DNA from: Hemiscyllium ocellatum | Lineage: Eukaryota | DNA length: 64,000 bases | Direction of reading: 5' to 3' | Assembly (NCBI RefSeq): GCF_020745735.1 | Contig: NC_083433.1 | Coordinates: 12,845,363 to 12,909,362, forward strand | Shown: in pieces, positions 1-17,989 of the stretch | How positions within the stretch are numbered: position 1 is the first letter of the stretch | How the letters are laid out: the number at the start of each line of letters is the position of its first letter | The notes under the pieces: generated by a model | What the model was told of the DNA's origin: nothing | The model's database searches: none | What the model saw: the letters and a program-made list of their open reading frames with translations, nothing else | Made by a program: the position numbers and the translations under genes

Positions 1-356
1 ATCTTCTAGCTGAAGGAGTTGACCCCGACTGAGTGTTGCAGACTGGCACATTCCAAGGTCCAGGACTACGTGTTGAGGGATACGCTGAAGCTTGGGGCAG
101 CTGCTGCCAAGGTGCAGTGGGTAAGAGACCCCTGTGTAACATCTGCCTGCCTAAGAAGAACAGGGGGCCCACGCCATCATTTGGGCTCTGCTGACGCCTC
201 AGCTAAATATATGGGCATATGATTTATATATAGGTCTGTACATTTATCAATGATAAATTCTGATCGATGTAAAGAAATGGAATGTTTACATATGTATGGC
301 ATGACCAACTATGTAGACCAAAATATTGTGATTAAAGTATATTTTTGAAATAAAAA
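1..356 (+). mobile_element. 3' end of Tx1/L1-clade non-LTR retrotransposon (ORF2 C-terminus and 3' UTR)
   Basis: Translates as ..TPTECCRLAHSKVQDYVLRDTLKLGAAAAKVQW.., the same family as the minus-strand fragments in every spacer. Ends in the A-rich tail TAAAGTATATTTTTGAAATAAAAA. Confidence 0.7.
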
Positions 357-361
357 CACTC

Positions 362-535
362 TAGCCTCAGCTGACTGAGTGTGGAGTTTGTATGTTCTCC
401 ATGTCTGTGGGCTTCCTCCCATAGGCCAAAGATGTGCAGAATCAGTGGATTGGCCATGGGAAATGTAGGGTTAAGGGGATTGAGTGTTCAGACTCAATGG
501 GCTGAATGGTCTTTTCTTGCCCTGTGCATCTATAA
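362..535 (+). mobile_element. Degenerate HE1/V-SINE fragment
   Basis: GTGTGGAGTTTGTATGTTCTCC..CCTCCCA..CCAAAGATGTGCAG..GGATTGGCCATG matches the body of the intact SINE at 40168-40469. Confidence 0.6.
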
Positions 536-1488
536 TTATAGGGAGGAACAGTAAAGTGAGGGAGCCATAGCAAGACTATATTGTTACTTCAGGAATGAAG
601 TCTTCCTGTGGCTAGGCTCCTTGATTAGATACCCATTCTGCTCAAAGGCCCCCATCAAGAGCTTTGTTTGAGTTGTTTATCCTCAATTTGTCTGACACTG
701 GCCAACTACTTACAGCAGTGACAAGACAAGGGGCAAAGAGCACAGGCCCCTGTGCTGGTCCAAACCAAACCAGCACTGGCTGAGGCTAGAGCCACAGGAA
801 GAAAACAGCAACATTAGAATGAATGAGTTAGTCACTTCAGAGTTCCCATTAGAGCTGTACTGGACAAGTTGAGATCATATTCTCAGGTTAGCTAGTTCCA
901 ACTGGGCAGAACTAGGGGCCTGATGGACCTCATTGAAAGGCCTGTGGGAAAGAGGTGAACACCTAGTGGTCAAATCTGGAAGTGAACATTGGACATCCCA
1001 CATATTTGATTCAGACAGTCTTTTGAAGAGCTATGGAAACTGTCACAATTTGCTACAACTGTACCCATTAAGTTCAGAAAAGTATAATTGCTGGACAAAA
1101 GAATTAAAGGTTTGATATCCCACAGACTGCAATTCCAACCCAAAGTCTAGTTTTGGGTTGGAGTGGGGGGGCAGGGTAGCTTGAATTTGTCACTATGTAG
1201 AACTCCACCTAATTATCTTTGTCCAATTGGCTGGGGATGTGGGTGAGGAAAAGAAATTAGTAAATTTTAGTCCAGTGATGTGATGAGCTGGACTGCAGAA
1301 TGATTACTAGCATCAAGCTTTGTGTGAAGTATGTTGTCTGAATGACAGATTTTATTCATTTCCATTCAGGTGGTACAGCCATTACATTCTTGCCAACATG
1401 CTCCTTCTCCCTGGGAGGGGGAAGCCAGATTGTCCAAGTGAAGTCAGTAATGCATTCAGACAAAGAGCAGACAGTCCCCCATGCCCCA

Positions 1489-4400
1489 CTAACTGCTGTC
1501 CTCCAGTGAGAGCCTGTCAAACAGGTACTCTCCCAGCCCATTCTCAGGAGCTCCCAGACGCTTCAGGTTGGTGATGTAGTCCCCATGTCGCTTGATGATC
1601 TCAACCTCCTCATCCAAATAGTGGGTCTCCAGGAAGTCTCAGATGGAACACAGGAATAGCACAGCTCATTACATTAGCACAATCCAAGACCTGTTTACAA
1701 TTCCCACTGCAAAACAGGCTGGGCCATATTGCTCCAGACAGGAAAGTCAAGCTAATGGCTGGATATTGTGCCAGGGAGGATGATAGCATTTCAGCTTCAG
1801 TTTCTTAACAGGAAACTGGTTGTATTGTGGTGTACAGTGATCATTCTACTGCAATGGTCCTGAATGGGGATTTAGTGGCCAATATCACTTCAGCATTCAC
1901 ACCAGATTACAATCCAAGTTCCTCCTTAACCTTATTGCTGAACAGTTGTAACATCAGTATGGATCTGGAGTGATCAATGTTACATCTGGTCCAAGTGTTG
2001 CATTATTGAATTTCAAACCCAAAGACCAACCAGTGAGGTGTTGCCCTGAGGATCTGGCTGTGATGAGAATGTGGTGAAGCTTACATGAGGGTCAGTCTGG
2101 GCAGTGGTGAGTTGGTGTAGATCCAGCAAACTCTGGTTCACATTCTTCTCCAGATCCAGGGCAACCTGCATTGCCTGCAGCCCATTACCCCACTCATCCC
2201 TCTCTGGCTTCTGAAACATGGAAACAAAGGACAGTTAAGGATCAGAATCAGAATCCTGACAGTGGGATGCAGTAGGACATTTAGCCCTTTTGTCCAAACC
2301 CACCCTCTGAAGAGTATCCCACTGACCCCACCCCATTCCTGTAATCTTATCTTCCCATGAAGAATGCATGTAGCTTGTGCATCCCTGGAAACTATGGGCA
2401 ACTTAGCATGACCAAACTGACCTGCACATCTTTGGACTAAGACTGAGCAGTTGCCAGAGACTGGAATTGGACCTGGGTCCCTGGCACAGTGCCATCCTCA
2501 AGTCTAGATGAAGGTTTGAGGAGAAAGGGATTGAGATGGTATTGGAGGAATTTTTGAGAGAAAAATGGTGTACCACCTGAGAATGGGGTGGCAGCTAGTC
2601 CAGTGACATTTCTGCATCTGGACAAATATTTCAAGTGACAGGGCATAGTGGCCTCAGGACAAAGTGCAGGTAGATGGGATGAGTGGAGTTTGGGGTTTGT
2701 TGGTCAGACCAAAGGGCCTGTGTTGATGCTTGACAGGGCAATGGAGGAGATCTTGGGGGGGGGGGGGGGTGGGGAAGAAGCTAATCAAAAAGCTTTTCAC
2801 TTCCCCTTCAGGATGTGCAAACCCTGTCACTGACTTGAAGCCACATCCCAACATACCCACCTTCACATCCTGGAGGAGGACTCTGCCTCCACACCGATTC
2901 TGGAATTTCAGCAGCTTCTCTGCATGTTCCTGCTTCTCCTGGGACTGAGCTTTGAAGAACTGGGAGAAATGGTGCAGGGCAACATCATCCTGGTCAAAGT
3001 ACGACATCTGAAAGAGAACCATTTCCATCCCATTAACTAGCATTGGCCTCAATTTAATTGAGAGAAGGAGCTAGTTTAGCCCTCAAAAATCAGACCAAGT
3101 ATTCAAGCAGCTGTTAAACTTGGTTCTCAACCATTTTAATATTGGGTAAAAACAATGACTGCTGCTCCTTGGATGCTGCCTGAACTGCTGTGCTCTTCAG
3201 CACCACTAATCCAGAACCATTTTAGTATTGTCCAATGAGCCAGCAGCTCCTTTAACTGGATGATCTGGAGCAACCTCAGCTTCTTCCTGGGACATGCAAA
3301 CAATGTTTTATTTTGGATTAAACATCTGCTCAGCAGGTCTGACAGATAAATGCTGAATTCATGTCTCTGCTCAGTAACCGCCATCAAAAAATTGGAAGAT
3401 ATTGAGATTGAATAGGCTTTGAGCAAGTTAAGGAAACTGAAGTGCAGGATATATTCAGGGTGGAGGAGCCCAAAACTAGAGGGCACATGATTAGATAAGG
3501 GGGAAGATGTAGCAGACCCAAGAGTCAGCTTTATGCAGAGGGTGGTGCATGTATGGAATGAGCTGCCAGAGGAAACTGGTAGAGGCTGGTGCAGTGACAG
3601 CAGTTAGTAGGCATCTGAATAGATTGGAAAGTGTTCAGAGGGGTATGGACTAAGTGGGACTACATTTAGGATATCTGGCTGACATGGCAAAGCTGATTGT
3701 AGAGTGTTTCTGGGCTGTACATTTCACCATCTGTTGAAATTTCAGTTGGTTCCACACAGAACATTTGAAGTTATAACCTTTAACAAGGTGAGGGTTCAGT
3801 TGGATGACAAGGAAAGCCACTGGAGTACTCAGTGCAGTCTACTCCATTCAACATTAACCAGAGGGTAATACCCAGTCACCAGGGCATTTTTCTGGATGGA
3901 AGTAGAGATACAAAACTATCAGAACACAGACAGTAGGCCATTCAGCCCTGAAGCCTGTTCTGCCAATGAGAAAGTAACCATGAGGCTGCTGCAAGGCACT
4001 ACATTGTTCCTTCAGGGCTAAAATGGATGTTGGACACTGCTGGCACTAAGTTAGTCAAGAGACAGTTTTCTGCAACATGTAGCTTGTTGGGATTGGATGT
4101 ACCATACACTATCTGTACAAGAGCATTCCTATCTTGAGAATGGAGGGGAAAATGAGAGAAAAGGGGCCCTGGGTGTTGGCTAAAGAAAGCCTGCCCAATG
4201 ACAGCCTTTGGATTGTTGCAGCAACAATTACTTGTGGTGCATTCAGACATCCAGAAACATGTCAGCAAGCAACTGAGTGGTTAGAAAGAGTAAAACATGA
4301 ACAAGCTCACTGCAGGAACGACCTAGTGTGACCCTAGAGACAGCCATTATCTATCACCAGATTGAAGTGTAACTGAACAGTGTTTGACTTAATCCAACAA

Positions 4401-5894
4401 GTTCAAACCATTTAAATCTACACCCATAACTGGCTCAAACATTTGAACCACCAAATTCACAAGTGAATGGTGAAACAATACTATCCTTTTGCAAGGTCAT
4501 TTTGATCTTTGTCTTTTTCAGGACAGGTTATAAAGGTGGAGGGGAGATATATCTGGATATAGCTCCTTTAAACAACAGCAGGAGAGAGTCCAGTTCAGGT
4601 TTTCATAGTATAACTTAGCCCCTTTTCACAGCAACAGTTTCTATGCTTCAACAGATATTTCTTGCCTGACTGAAATCAGTCTTCAAGAGTCAGATTTTGA
4701 ATGCATCATTGCAATGTCACAACTCTTTGCTAATGGTGTCAGTCAGGCTTTCAAATACTTAAGCTAAGTTCTGCCTTTTGTTTAAACCTACATTCTGTTT
4801 TGTAAGCAGCAGAGTGGATTGACCAGCTGCATCAGTCCCAGAATATCCACTAACCAACTGCTTTTAAAATTAGTGCATTATTGCTTATATGGGGACACAA
4901 CTCAGGTCAAAGTGGAAATGGGTGGTCTATTTTATTCTGGGATACTATCAAGTTAAACTAAACTAGCTCACCAATGAAAGTTGTACCCACTTCCAAACAG
5001 CTTTAGAGACTTCATTCTTATCACATGAGAGAGAACCTCTAAACAGAGGAGCCCAGAGTGTGATGAGTATTCTCCACATGTCTGGATGACAGCACTCAAC
5101 ATTCAGGAAGACACCATCCAGGATAAAACAGCCCACTTCATTGGTACTGCATTCTCCACTTATCAGTGAGGATTATCTAACAGGTACCCTGCAACATTTA
5201 TCAAACCCTTCCAGGAAGGGTAACACTTCAGCAGGGCAAATCACCACCTGGTGAAACAGGCCATTTTGTTTCCTATGCCTGCTTTGGGTGGATTAAGGCC
5301 TACTTGTGGATTCCAGTCACACCCTGGCCATGAATACTTCTGCTCAGCTAGAGTATCAATAAATACTACTAGAATTCCTTTCACAATGAGTTGTTATTTT
5401 TGATCAGAAAAAAGGCATAACAAAATAATGTCACATTACAGTGGTAGAATGGTGACCAGTGGACATTATTCCACTGGATGGTTGACCAAAATGGCATCTA
5501 AAAACAGCTCAATATCCCATTTTGACAACCCAACAGAAGAAATAGCAGTTACTACAAATCACAATCCTCAGTTGCAAGTTGATCCCAAGAACAATTCATC
5601 CTGCATACATCACTGAAGGCCAACTGGGGATTAGTTGTTTTACATCAGTATCATACACTGTTGTTGCTAAGAGCATTTAGCTTGAATAGATATTAAGGCA
5701 ACAGCCACAAAACAATCTACAAGAGCATCAAGTTGATTAGAAATAAGGAAGTTTACCTCATAAATGTATGTATAAATAGAGACAATACTCACCAAGGAGT
5801 GATAGAGATAGGAGGCAGTGAGCTCCAGGTTAATCTGCTTGTTGACAGCAGCTTCACAATCCTGGTGATAGTTTTGACAAACCTGGGAGGCCAT
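1489..5894 (-). pseudogene. Ferritin copy 1, probable pseudogene (exon-4 splice acceptor destroyed)
   Basis: Exons 5894-5793, 3007-2861, 2210-2085 and 1642-1489. The exon-4 acceptor TTCCAG|CTGTGTGAC has become TTCCAT-CTGAGAC (AG lost, 2 nt deleted). Also carries R->C (NRCGG) and L->H (RHGDY) changes. AATAAA at 1351-1356. Confidence 0.8.
3145..3214. mobile_element. 70-bp Penelope-like terminal remnant with 16-bp target-site duplication
   Basis: GGATGCTGCCTGAACTGCTGTGCTCTTCAGCACCAC resembles the PLE pLTR end. Flanked by AACCATTTTAATATTG (3129-3144) and AACCATTTTAGTATTG (3215-3230). Absent from the paralogous introns. Confidence 0.6.
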
Positions 5895-5984
5895 TTTGCA
5901 CTACCTTCCTCTCCAAACCAATTCACAGCCTAACAACAAACTTAATATCAGCACCAACTACACCTAAACCATCACACCCTTTGG

Positions 5985-6120
5985 ACTTTTATTTATACTC
6001 CAGCAGCAGCCCATCATTTTATTAAGCAGGAAATGACATCATCAGTGATGGCCAATCACTCTTGTTAATCAATCGATCAGCTGCCATGTCCAATCAGTGC
6101 AAATTGGGAATTGGATTCAG
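5985..6120 (-). promoter_or_regulatory. Ferritin copy 1 core promoter (TATA, ETS/CRE-AP1-like composite, CCAAT boxes)
   Basis: TATAAATAAAAG about 103 nt upstream of the ATG. On the + strand: CAGGAAATGACATCA, GGCCAATCA and TCCAATCAG. Conserved in all copies. Confidence 0.7.
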
Positions 6121-6384
6121 AAACCAACCAGAATTGACAATGAGTCGATGATGGAATTGCTCATTGACGTTTGACCTCTGCACAAGTGCAAATTCTGGAA
6201 GTGTATCTACCTGAAAATGAGAATAAAACATACTCTAAAACTTCGCTATTGCATTTGAGGTTGTGTATTAAGACATGCTCAACACAGATTTGCAGAATTC
6301 TGTTAGTTTGTACATCTGAGGGATTTCTCTTCCTACGTTTTGAATGACAGTGTTGGGGATCATAGATCTAGTCAAATTGTCCTT

Positions 6385-9300
6385 ATAGAGTCATAAAGAT
6401 GTACAGCATGGAAACAGACCCTTCGATCCAACCTGTCCATGCTGCCCAGATATCCCAACCCAATCTCGCTAGCACCCGGCCCATATCCCTCCAAACCCTT
6501 CCTATTCATATACTCATCCAAATGCCTCTTAAATGTTGCAATTGTACCAGACTCCACCAAATCCTCTGGCAGCTCATTCCATACCCGTATCACCCTCTGT
6601 GTGAAAAATTTTCCCCTTAGGTCTCTTTTATAGCTTTCCCCTCCACCCTAAACCTATGCCCTCTAGTTTTGGACTCCCCGACCCCAGGGAAAAGACTTTG
6701 CCTATTTATCCTATCCATGCCCCTCATAATTTTGTAAACCTCTATAAGGTCACCCCTCAGCCTCCAACGCTCCAGGAAAACAGCCCCAGCCTGTTCAGTC
6801 TCTCCATATAGCTCAGATCCTCCAACTCTGACAACATCCTTGTAAATCTTTTCTGAACCCTTTCAAGTTTCACAACACCTTTCCAATAGGAAGGAGACCA
6901 GAATTGCATGCAATATTCCAACAGTGGCCTAACCAATGTCCTGTACAGCCCTGTATTCAATACTCTGATCAATGAAGGAAAGCATACCAAATGCCTTCTT
7001 CACTATCCTATCTACCTGTGACTCCACTTTCAAGGAGCTATGAACCTGCACTCCAAGGTCTCTTTGTTCAGCAACACTTGCTAGGACTTTACCATTAAGT
7101 AGATAAGTCCTGCTAAGATTTGCTTTCCCAAAATGCAGCAACTCGCATTTATCTGAATTAAACTCCATCTGCCACTTGTCAGCCCATTGGCCCATCTGTT
7201 GTAATCTGAGGTAACACTCTTTGCTGTCCACTACACCTCCAATTTTGGTGTCACCTACAAACTTACTAACTGTACCTCTTATGCTCACATCCAAATCATT
7301 TATGTAAATGACAAAAAGTACAGGACCGAGCACCAATCCTTGTGGCACTCCACTGGTCACAGGCCTCCAGTCTGATAAACAACCCCCCACCACCACCCTC
7401 TGTCTTCTACCTTTGAGCCAGTTCTGTATCCAAATAGCTAGTTCTCCCTGTATTCCATGAGATCTAACCTTGCTAACCAGCCTTAATGGGGAACCTTCTT
7501 GAACGCCTTACTGAAGTCCATATAGATCACATCTACTACTCTGCCCTCATCAATCCTCCTTTTTACTTCTTCAAAAACCTCAATCAAACTTGTGAGACTT
7601 GATTTCCTACGTACAAAGCCATGTTGACGATCCATAATCAGTCCTTGCCTTTCCAAATACATGTACATCCTGTTTCTCAGGATTCTCTCCAACAACTTGT
7701 CCACCACCGATGTCAGGCTCACTGATCTATAGTTCCCTGGCTTGTCTTTACCACCCTTCTTAAACAGTGGCACCATGTTTGCCAACATCCAGTCTTCCAG
7801 CACTTCACCTGTGACTATCGATGATACAAATATCTCAGCAAGGGGTCCAGCAATCACTTCCCCAGCTTCGCACTGAGACCAAGGGTACACCTAGAGTCTT
7901 AGAGATGTACAGCATGGAAACAGACCCTTCAGTCCAACCTGTCCATGCCGACCAGATATCCCAAAACAACCTACTCCCACCTGCCAACAACTGGCCCATA
8001 TCCCTCCAAACCCTTCACCTTTACCTGTTTCAAGACATCCAGCACTTCCTCCTCTGTAATATCTTTCATATCCTTTTCCACAGTAAATACTGATGCAAAA
8101 TACTCATTTAGTATCTCCCCCATTTTCTGCGGTTCCACACAAAGGCTGCCTTGCTGATCTGTGAGGGGCCCTATTCTCTCCCCAGTGACCCTTTTGTCCT
8201 TAATGTATTTGTAAAAACCCTTTGGATTCTCCTTAATTCTATTTGCCAAACTATATCATATCCCCTTTTTGCCCTCCTGATTTTCCACTTAAGTATACTC
8301 CTACTTCCTTTATACTCTTCTAAGGATTCACTCGATCTATCCTGTCTATACCTGACATATGCTTCCTTCTTTTTCTTAACCAAACCCTCAATTTCTTTAG
8401 TCATCCAGCATTCCCTATACCTACCAGCCTTCCCTTTCACCCTGACAGGAATATACGTTTTCTGGATTCTTGTTATCTCATTTCTGAAGGCTTTCCATTT
8501 TGCAGCCATCCCTTTACCTGCAAACATCTGTCCCCAAACAGCTTTCGAACGTTCTTGCTTAATACCGTCAAAAGTGATCTTTCTCCAATTTAGAAATTCA
8601 ACTTTTAGGTCCACTCTATCCTTTTCCATCACGATTTTAAATCTAATAGATTTATGGTCACTGGTCCCAAAGTACTCCCCCACTGACACCTCAGTCACCT
8701 GCCCTGCCTTATTTTCCAAGAGTAGGTTAAGTTTTGCACCTTCTCTAGTAGGTACACCCACATACTGAATCAGAAAATTGTCTTGTACAAACTTAACAAG
8801 TTCCTCTCCATCTAAACCTTCAACACTATAGCAGTCCCTGTCTATGTTTGGAAAGTTAAAATCCCCTATCATAATTACCCTATTATTCTTACAGATAGCT
8901 GAGGTCTCCTTACAAGTTTGTTTCTCAATTTCCCTCTGACTATTGGGGGATCTATAATACAATCCCATTAAGGTAATCATCCCTTTCTTATTTCTCAGTT
9001 TCACCCAAATAACTTCCCTGGATGTATTTCTGGGAATATCCTCCCTCAGTCGAGCTGTAATGTTATCCCTTATCAAAAATGCCACTCCACCTTCTCTCTT
9101 GCCTCCCTTTCTATCCTTCCTGTAGCATTTGTATCCTGGAACATTAAGCTGCCAGTCCTGCCCATCCCTGAGCCATGTTTCTGTAATTGCTATGATATCC
9201 CAGTCCCATGTTCCTTGCATTGAAATAAATGCAGTTTAATTTATTTGTCCGACCTTGTCCCTGCCTGCTCTGACTGTTTGACTCACTTCTCTTCTCAACT

Positions 9301-9810
9301 GTACCAGCCTCAGATTGATCTCTTTCCTCACGATCTCCCTGGGTTCCCCCACCCCCCACCACCTTACTAGTTTAAATTCTCTCGAGCAGCTTTAGCAAAT
9401 CTCCCTGCCAGTATATTAGTCCCCTTCCAATTCAGGTCAATCCATCCTTCTTGTACAGGTCACTTCTACCCCAAAAGAGATTCCAATGATCCAAAAATAT
9501 GAATCCTTCTCCCATACACCAGCTCCTCAGCCATGCATTCATCTGCTCTATTCTCCTATTCCTGCCTCAGTAGCTCGTAGCACTGGGGGTAATCCAGATA
9601 CTACTACTCTTGAGGACCTCCTTTTTAAATTTCTGCCTAACTCTCTGTAATCTCCCTTCAGAATCTCAACCTTTTCCCTTCCTATATCATTGTTTCCAAA
9701 GTGGACAACGATCTCTTGCTGGCCCCTCTCCCCCGTGAGAACATTCCGCACCATCTCTGAGACATCCTTGATCCTGGCACCAGGGAAGCAACACACCATT
9801 CTACTTTTTC
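6385..9810 (-). mobile_element. CR1-clade LINE (HER1-like), 5'-truncated and decayed
   Basis: ORF1 SGNH/esterase piece (CFPGARIKDV..IVVHFGNNDIGR, 9548-9799). APE endonuclease (IAITETW, GDFNFPNID, SDHKSI, 8171-9220). RT pieces (PGNYRSVSLTS, YMDFSKAF, SGVPQGLVLGP, 6929-7890). Several frameshifts. Interrupts spacer sequence that is contiguous in other copies. Confidence 0.92.
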
Positions 9811-10929
9811 ATTACTGAGTCCATTGAAAAATGGCTGGATTTTGTTGATAATAAACATTTGCTGGACAGCAACAGAGATAAAGTGCTTTTGGGTCATCTA
9901 GAGCAGGCAACTGGTGTACTTTGTGGATCCATTCTGAATCTGATGTGATCTCCTTGACTTTAGGTCTTTGGAAGCTCAGTTTGAAAACCAAAACGCTAAA
10001 TGTGCTGAGTGCCTCAGCCATGTAGTAGGCCTCAGGCCTCCATGTCTCAGTTGCTGTTAGAAATTTATCGCATGTTTCTATCTTCATGCTCAGTTTTTAA
10101 TTGTTTCATAAAGAACCAGCTATCAACTCAAAGATGTTTCCAAAAGTGGGGAGATTCTGGATCTGTTTACATTGTATTCTGTAGAACGTACAGCTCAGAA
10201 ACTGGCCTCCCAGCTCAACATGGTCCATACCCACAAGCGATATGGACACGAGGGTGTCTCAACCTAAAGTTGATTGTGATGAACTGAGCAGCCTCCAGTG
10301 GAATGGTGGGCTGAGAGAGTTTGGGGATTGAAGGTGCCCACTCAATGTTAGGGTATGATCACAACCTTGACGGATGGATTGGTGGAAGCAAGTTACTTTG
10401 ACCCAGTATCTGATTCAAATACCAGGTTACAGTCTAGCCATTACTTGTCGGATTGAGTTACAAGTTTGAGTATTATACATGGAACCACGGTCAGAGGTCA
10501 ACCCTGATAAATATTCATGGCGATGAGAGCAAGTCAGAGGCTGGGAATTCTGTTGTGAATTCCTCAACTCCTGACTTTCCAAAGCCTCTCCACCATCTAC
10601 AAGACCAAAGTTAGGAAAAGTGGTGGAATACTTTCCAATTTTCTGTCTGACTACAGCCCCAACAACACTGACGGAGTCCCAGGGAAATCTCTCACCATCC
10701 TGAGTTGGAACAATATCACTGTTTCTGAATCCAAGTCCCGGACGCCCCCCCTCAGCAGCAGCAGCAGCAGCATCATCTGGTCTCTCCCACACCAGGTGGG
10801 CTGTAATAACCAGCTCATCACCACCTCCTGAAGGGTAACTGCAGCTGGGCACAAAACACAGCCTTCTGATTGGCACATTGAAGATTGACCAATAAAAATC
10901 ACCCTGTGACGGGGTGGGGGGGCTGCAAC

Positions 10930-11217
10930 ACTAGAGGGGATTAGGCTTAAGGTGAAAGGGGAAAGATTAAAAATAGGGACGTGAGGGGCAACATTTTCAG
11001 AGAGAGGGTGCTGTGTACATGGAATGAACTGCCAGAGGAAGTGTTGGAGGTGGGTATAATTACGCCATTTAAAAGACATTTGGACAACTATTTGAACAGG
11101 AAGGTTTTAGAGGGATATGGGGCAAAATGCAGGGAAGTAGAACTAGTTCAGTTTTGAAAACCCAGTCAGCATGGATAGATTGGGCCAAAGGGTCTACTCC
11201 TGTGATGTATGACTCTA
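10930..11217 (+). mobile_element. CR1 3' fragment
   Basis: TGGAATGAACTGCCAGAGGAAG..TTTAAAAGACATTTGGAC..GAGGGATATGGG matches the CR1 3' end near 6400-6600 in the opposite orientation. Confidence 0.65.
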
Positions 11218-11243
11218 ATAAGCATACAACAGCATGTTCCTTT

Positions 11244-11550
11244 AGGGTGGCACAGTGGTGTGCACTGCTGCCTCACAGCACCAGGGACCCGAGTTCGATT
11301 TCAGCCTCGGGTAACTGTCTGTGTTCAGTTTGCCCCATGTTTGTGTGGCTTTCCTGCGTGCTCCAGTTTCCTCCCACAGACTAAAAGGTGCAGGTTTGAT
11401 GGAGTGGCTATGCAAAATTGCTGATAGTGTCCCCGAATGTGCAGGATAGGTGGATTCGCTAATGGGAAATGTAGATTTACAACAAATCGGGGTGGATCTG
11501 AGGATTATGCTGTTCGGACTCCAATAGCCTTCTCTTACACTGTATGGAGT
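11244..11550 (+). mobile_element. Older tRNA-derived V-SINE (HE1-like)
   Basis: A box GGTGGCACAGTGG, B box GAGTTCGATT, V-domain-like TTTCCTCCCACAG. Confidence 0.7.
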
Positions 11551-13222
11551 CTGTTAGCATGACTTAAGATTGTTTACAAAAGAAGGACTTATGCGGTGGA
11601 ATAAATTTGTCAAGTGCCTTAAAGCTCTACATCCTTCCTGAAGGCTACAAAATTCACGGAAACAATCACCAGGATGTCTCTGACAGCCCCCACCCTAACG
11701 CATGATCCCTGAAAGATAAGTGAAATAGCTGTACAGGAGAGTCAGCATCTCCAGGTTTCCTTTCAGAAGGACAGCACTCCCCAACTTGGAGAGAAATCAC
11801 TGCACCAAATCAAATTGCATCAGGAGAATCCTTCAGCACAGGGGAAGCTGGGAGGAAGCTAGGATCAGCTTGGACTGCAAACTTTAGCAGCAAGAATAAA
11901 TCTGATGGAAGCATCTAACCTTGAGCATTGCTGTGTCATTCCCAGGTCACAATCATCCTGCTCATTTCAGCTGTAGGTAACAATGAGTGTGCATTATAAC
12001 CCAATACAGCTCAGGAGAATTTGAGTTAACACCCTAGAATATGACCGCACTGAGTGATTGGGGTGAATTTTCCCAGCTTTGGGCTGGCAGTTTAACTCCA
12101 TTTGCAGGAGTAGTGTTGGGAGTAGAGTCTTCAGCTAGTGATAGTAAACTGAGGACAGTGCAGTGGGACAAGTTTGTTCTTTCTGGGAATGATTCTTCCC
12201 TCTCCCTTTGAGTGGGGAACTCCTTATTGAACTCAGAACAGGTATTTAAAATCAAGGTCCCCATCAGAAACTACATGTTTGACTCAGACTATGGAGGGGG
12301 AAAGAAAAAAAAACAACACAAAACTGGTCAGTGTGCCCAACAGGTAATGGCTGTAATAAGACAGAGGATGAAGATCACAAGGCCCTGTGCTAGTCCTGCT
12401 ATGAATCCTAACTGGCTCCCTAGGTGTGTTTGGGGGTGGGGGGGAAAAAAAACCAAGAAGAAGAGAGAAAGAAGATAAAAAACCCCAGCACAATTTAGAA
12501 TATATTGCTCATGTTAGAGTTCCTTTGGGAAGCAAACCAAAAGGAAGTGGAGATCATATTCCCAGGTTAGCTGGGAACATTATCTAGACAGATACCAAAG
12601 TCTGATGGATCTTATCTGAGGCTTAAGGGAAGAGATGATCAGGTCTGGTCACCCAGATCATGTAGTTTATGACCCCAAATCATGGCGTATTGCTTAAGTG
12701 AAAAAAAAAATGTGCGAGGTGGAGGTGAACAATTTGATAGGAAATCTGGGATTGAATGTAGAATGCAAGATGCAGGAATGGGCATGTGGCCACCACTTTT
12801 TGATTAAGGCTTTGTGCAAAGTTTGTTTGGCTACAATTGTAGCCATTAAGTCCAGAAAAATATAGTTATTGGACAAAAAAGAGTTAAAGGTTGGACATCC
12901 GAGACTAATACCCAACCTTTTAGGGTGGAGGGAAGGCAGAAAGAAGGTGGGGGCGTGAGAAGATTAGGAAGGTATTTTAGTTCAATGATGGGATACATTG
13001 CAGGCAAACACTCCAGAGATAACCAAATTTGTGTGAAGTATCAGTGCTCCAAATGATGGACAATAAGCAAGATCAAATACAAGGTTTTATTCATTTCCAT
13101 TCAGGTGGTAAAGTCATTACATTCTTGCCAACATGCACCTTCTCCCTGGGTGGGGGAAGCCAGATTGTCCAAGTGAAGTCAGTAATGCATTCAGACAAAA
13201 GCAGACAGTCCCCCATGCCCCA

Positions 13223-17898
<4,676 letters not shown>

Positions 17899-17989
17899 TC
17901 TGTGATGAATACTGCTTTAACTTTCTCCCCAAATCCCAATCACAAATTGAAGATTAACACCAAATGTACCTAAACAAACACTGCCTTTG

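Noticed and set aside
8151-8768. 205-aa hydrophobic + strand ORF
   Set aside because: Antisense shadow of the CR1 endonuclease/linker region.
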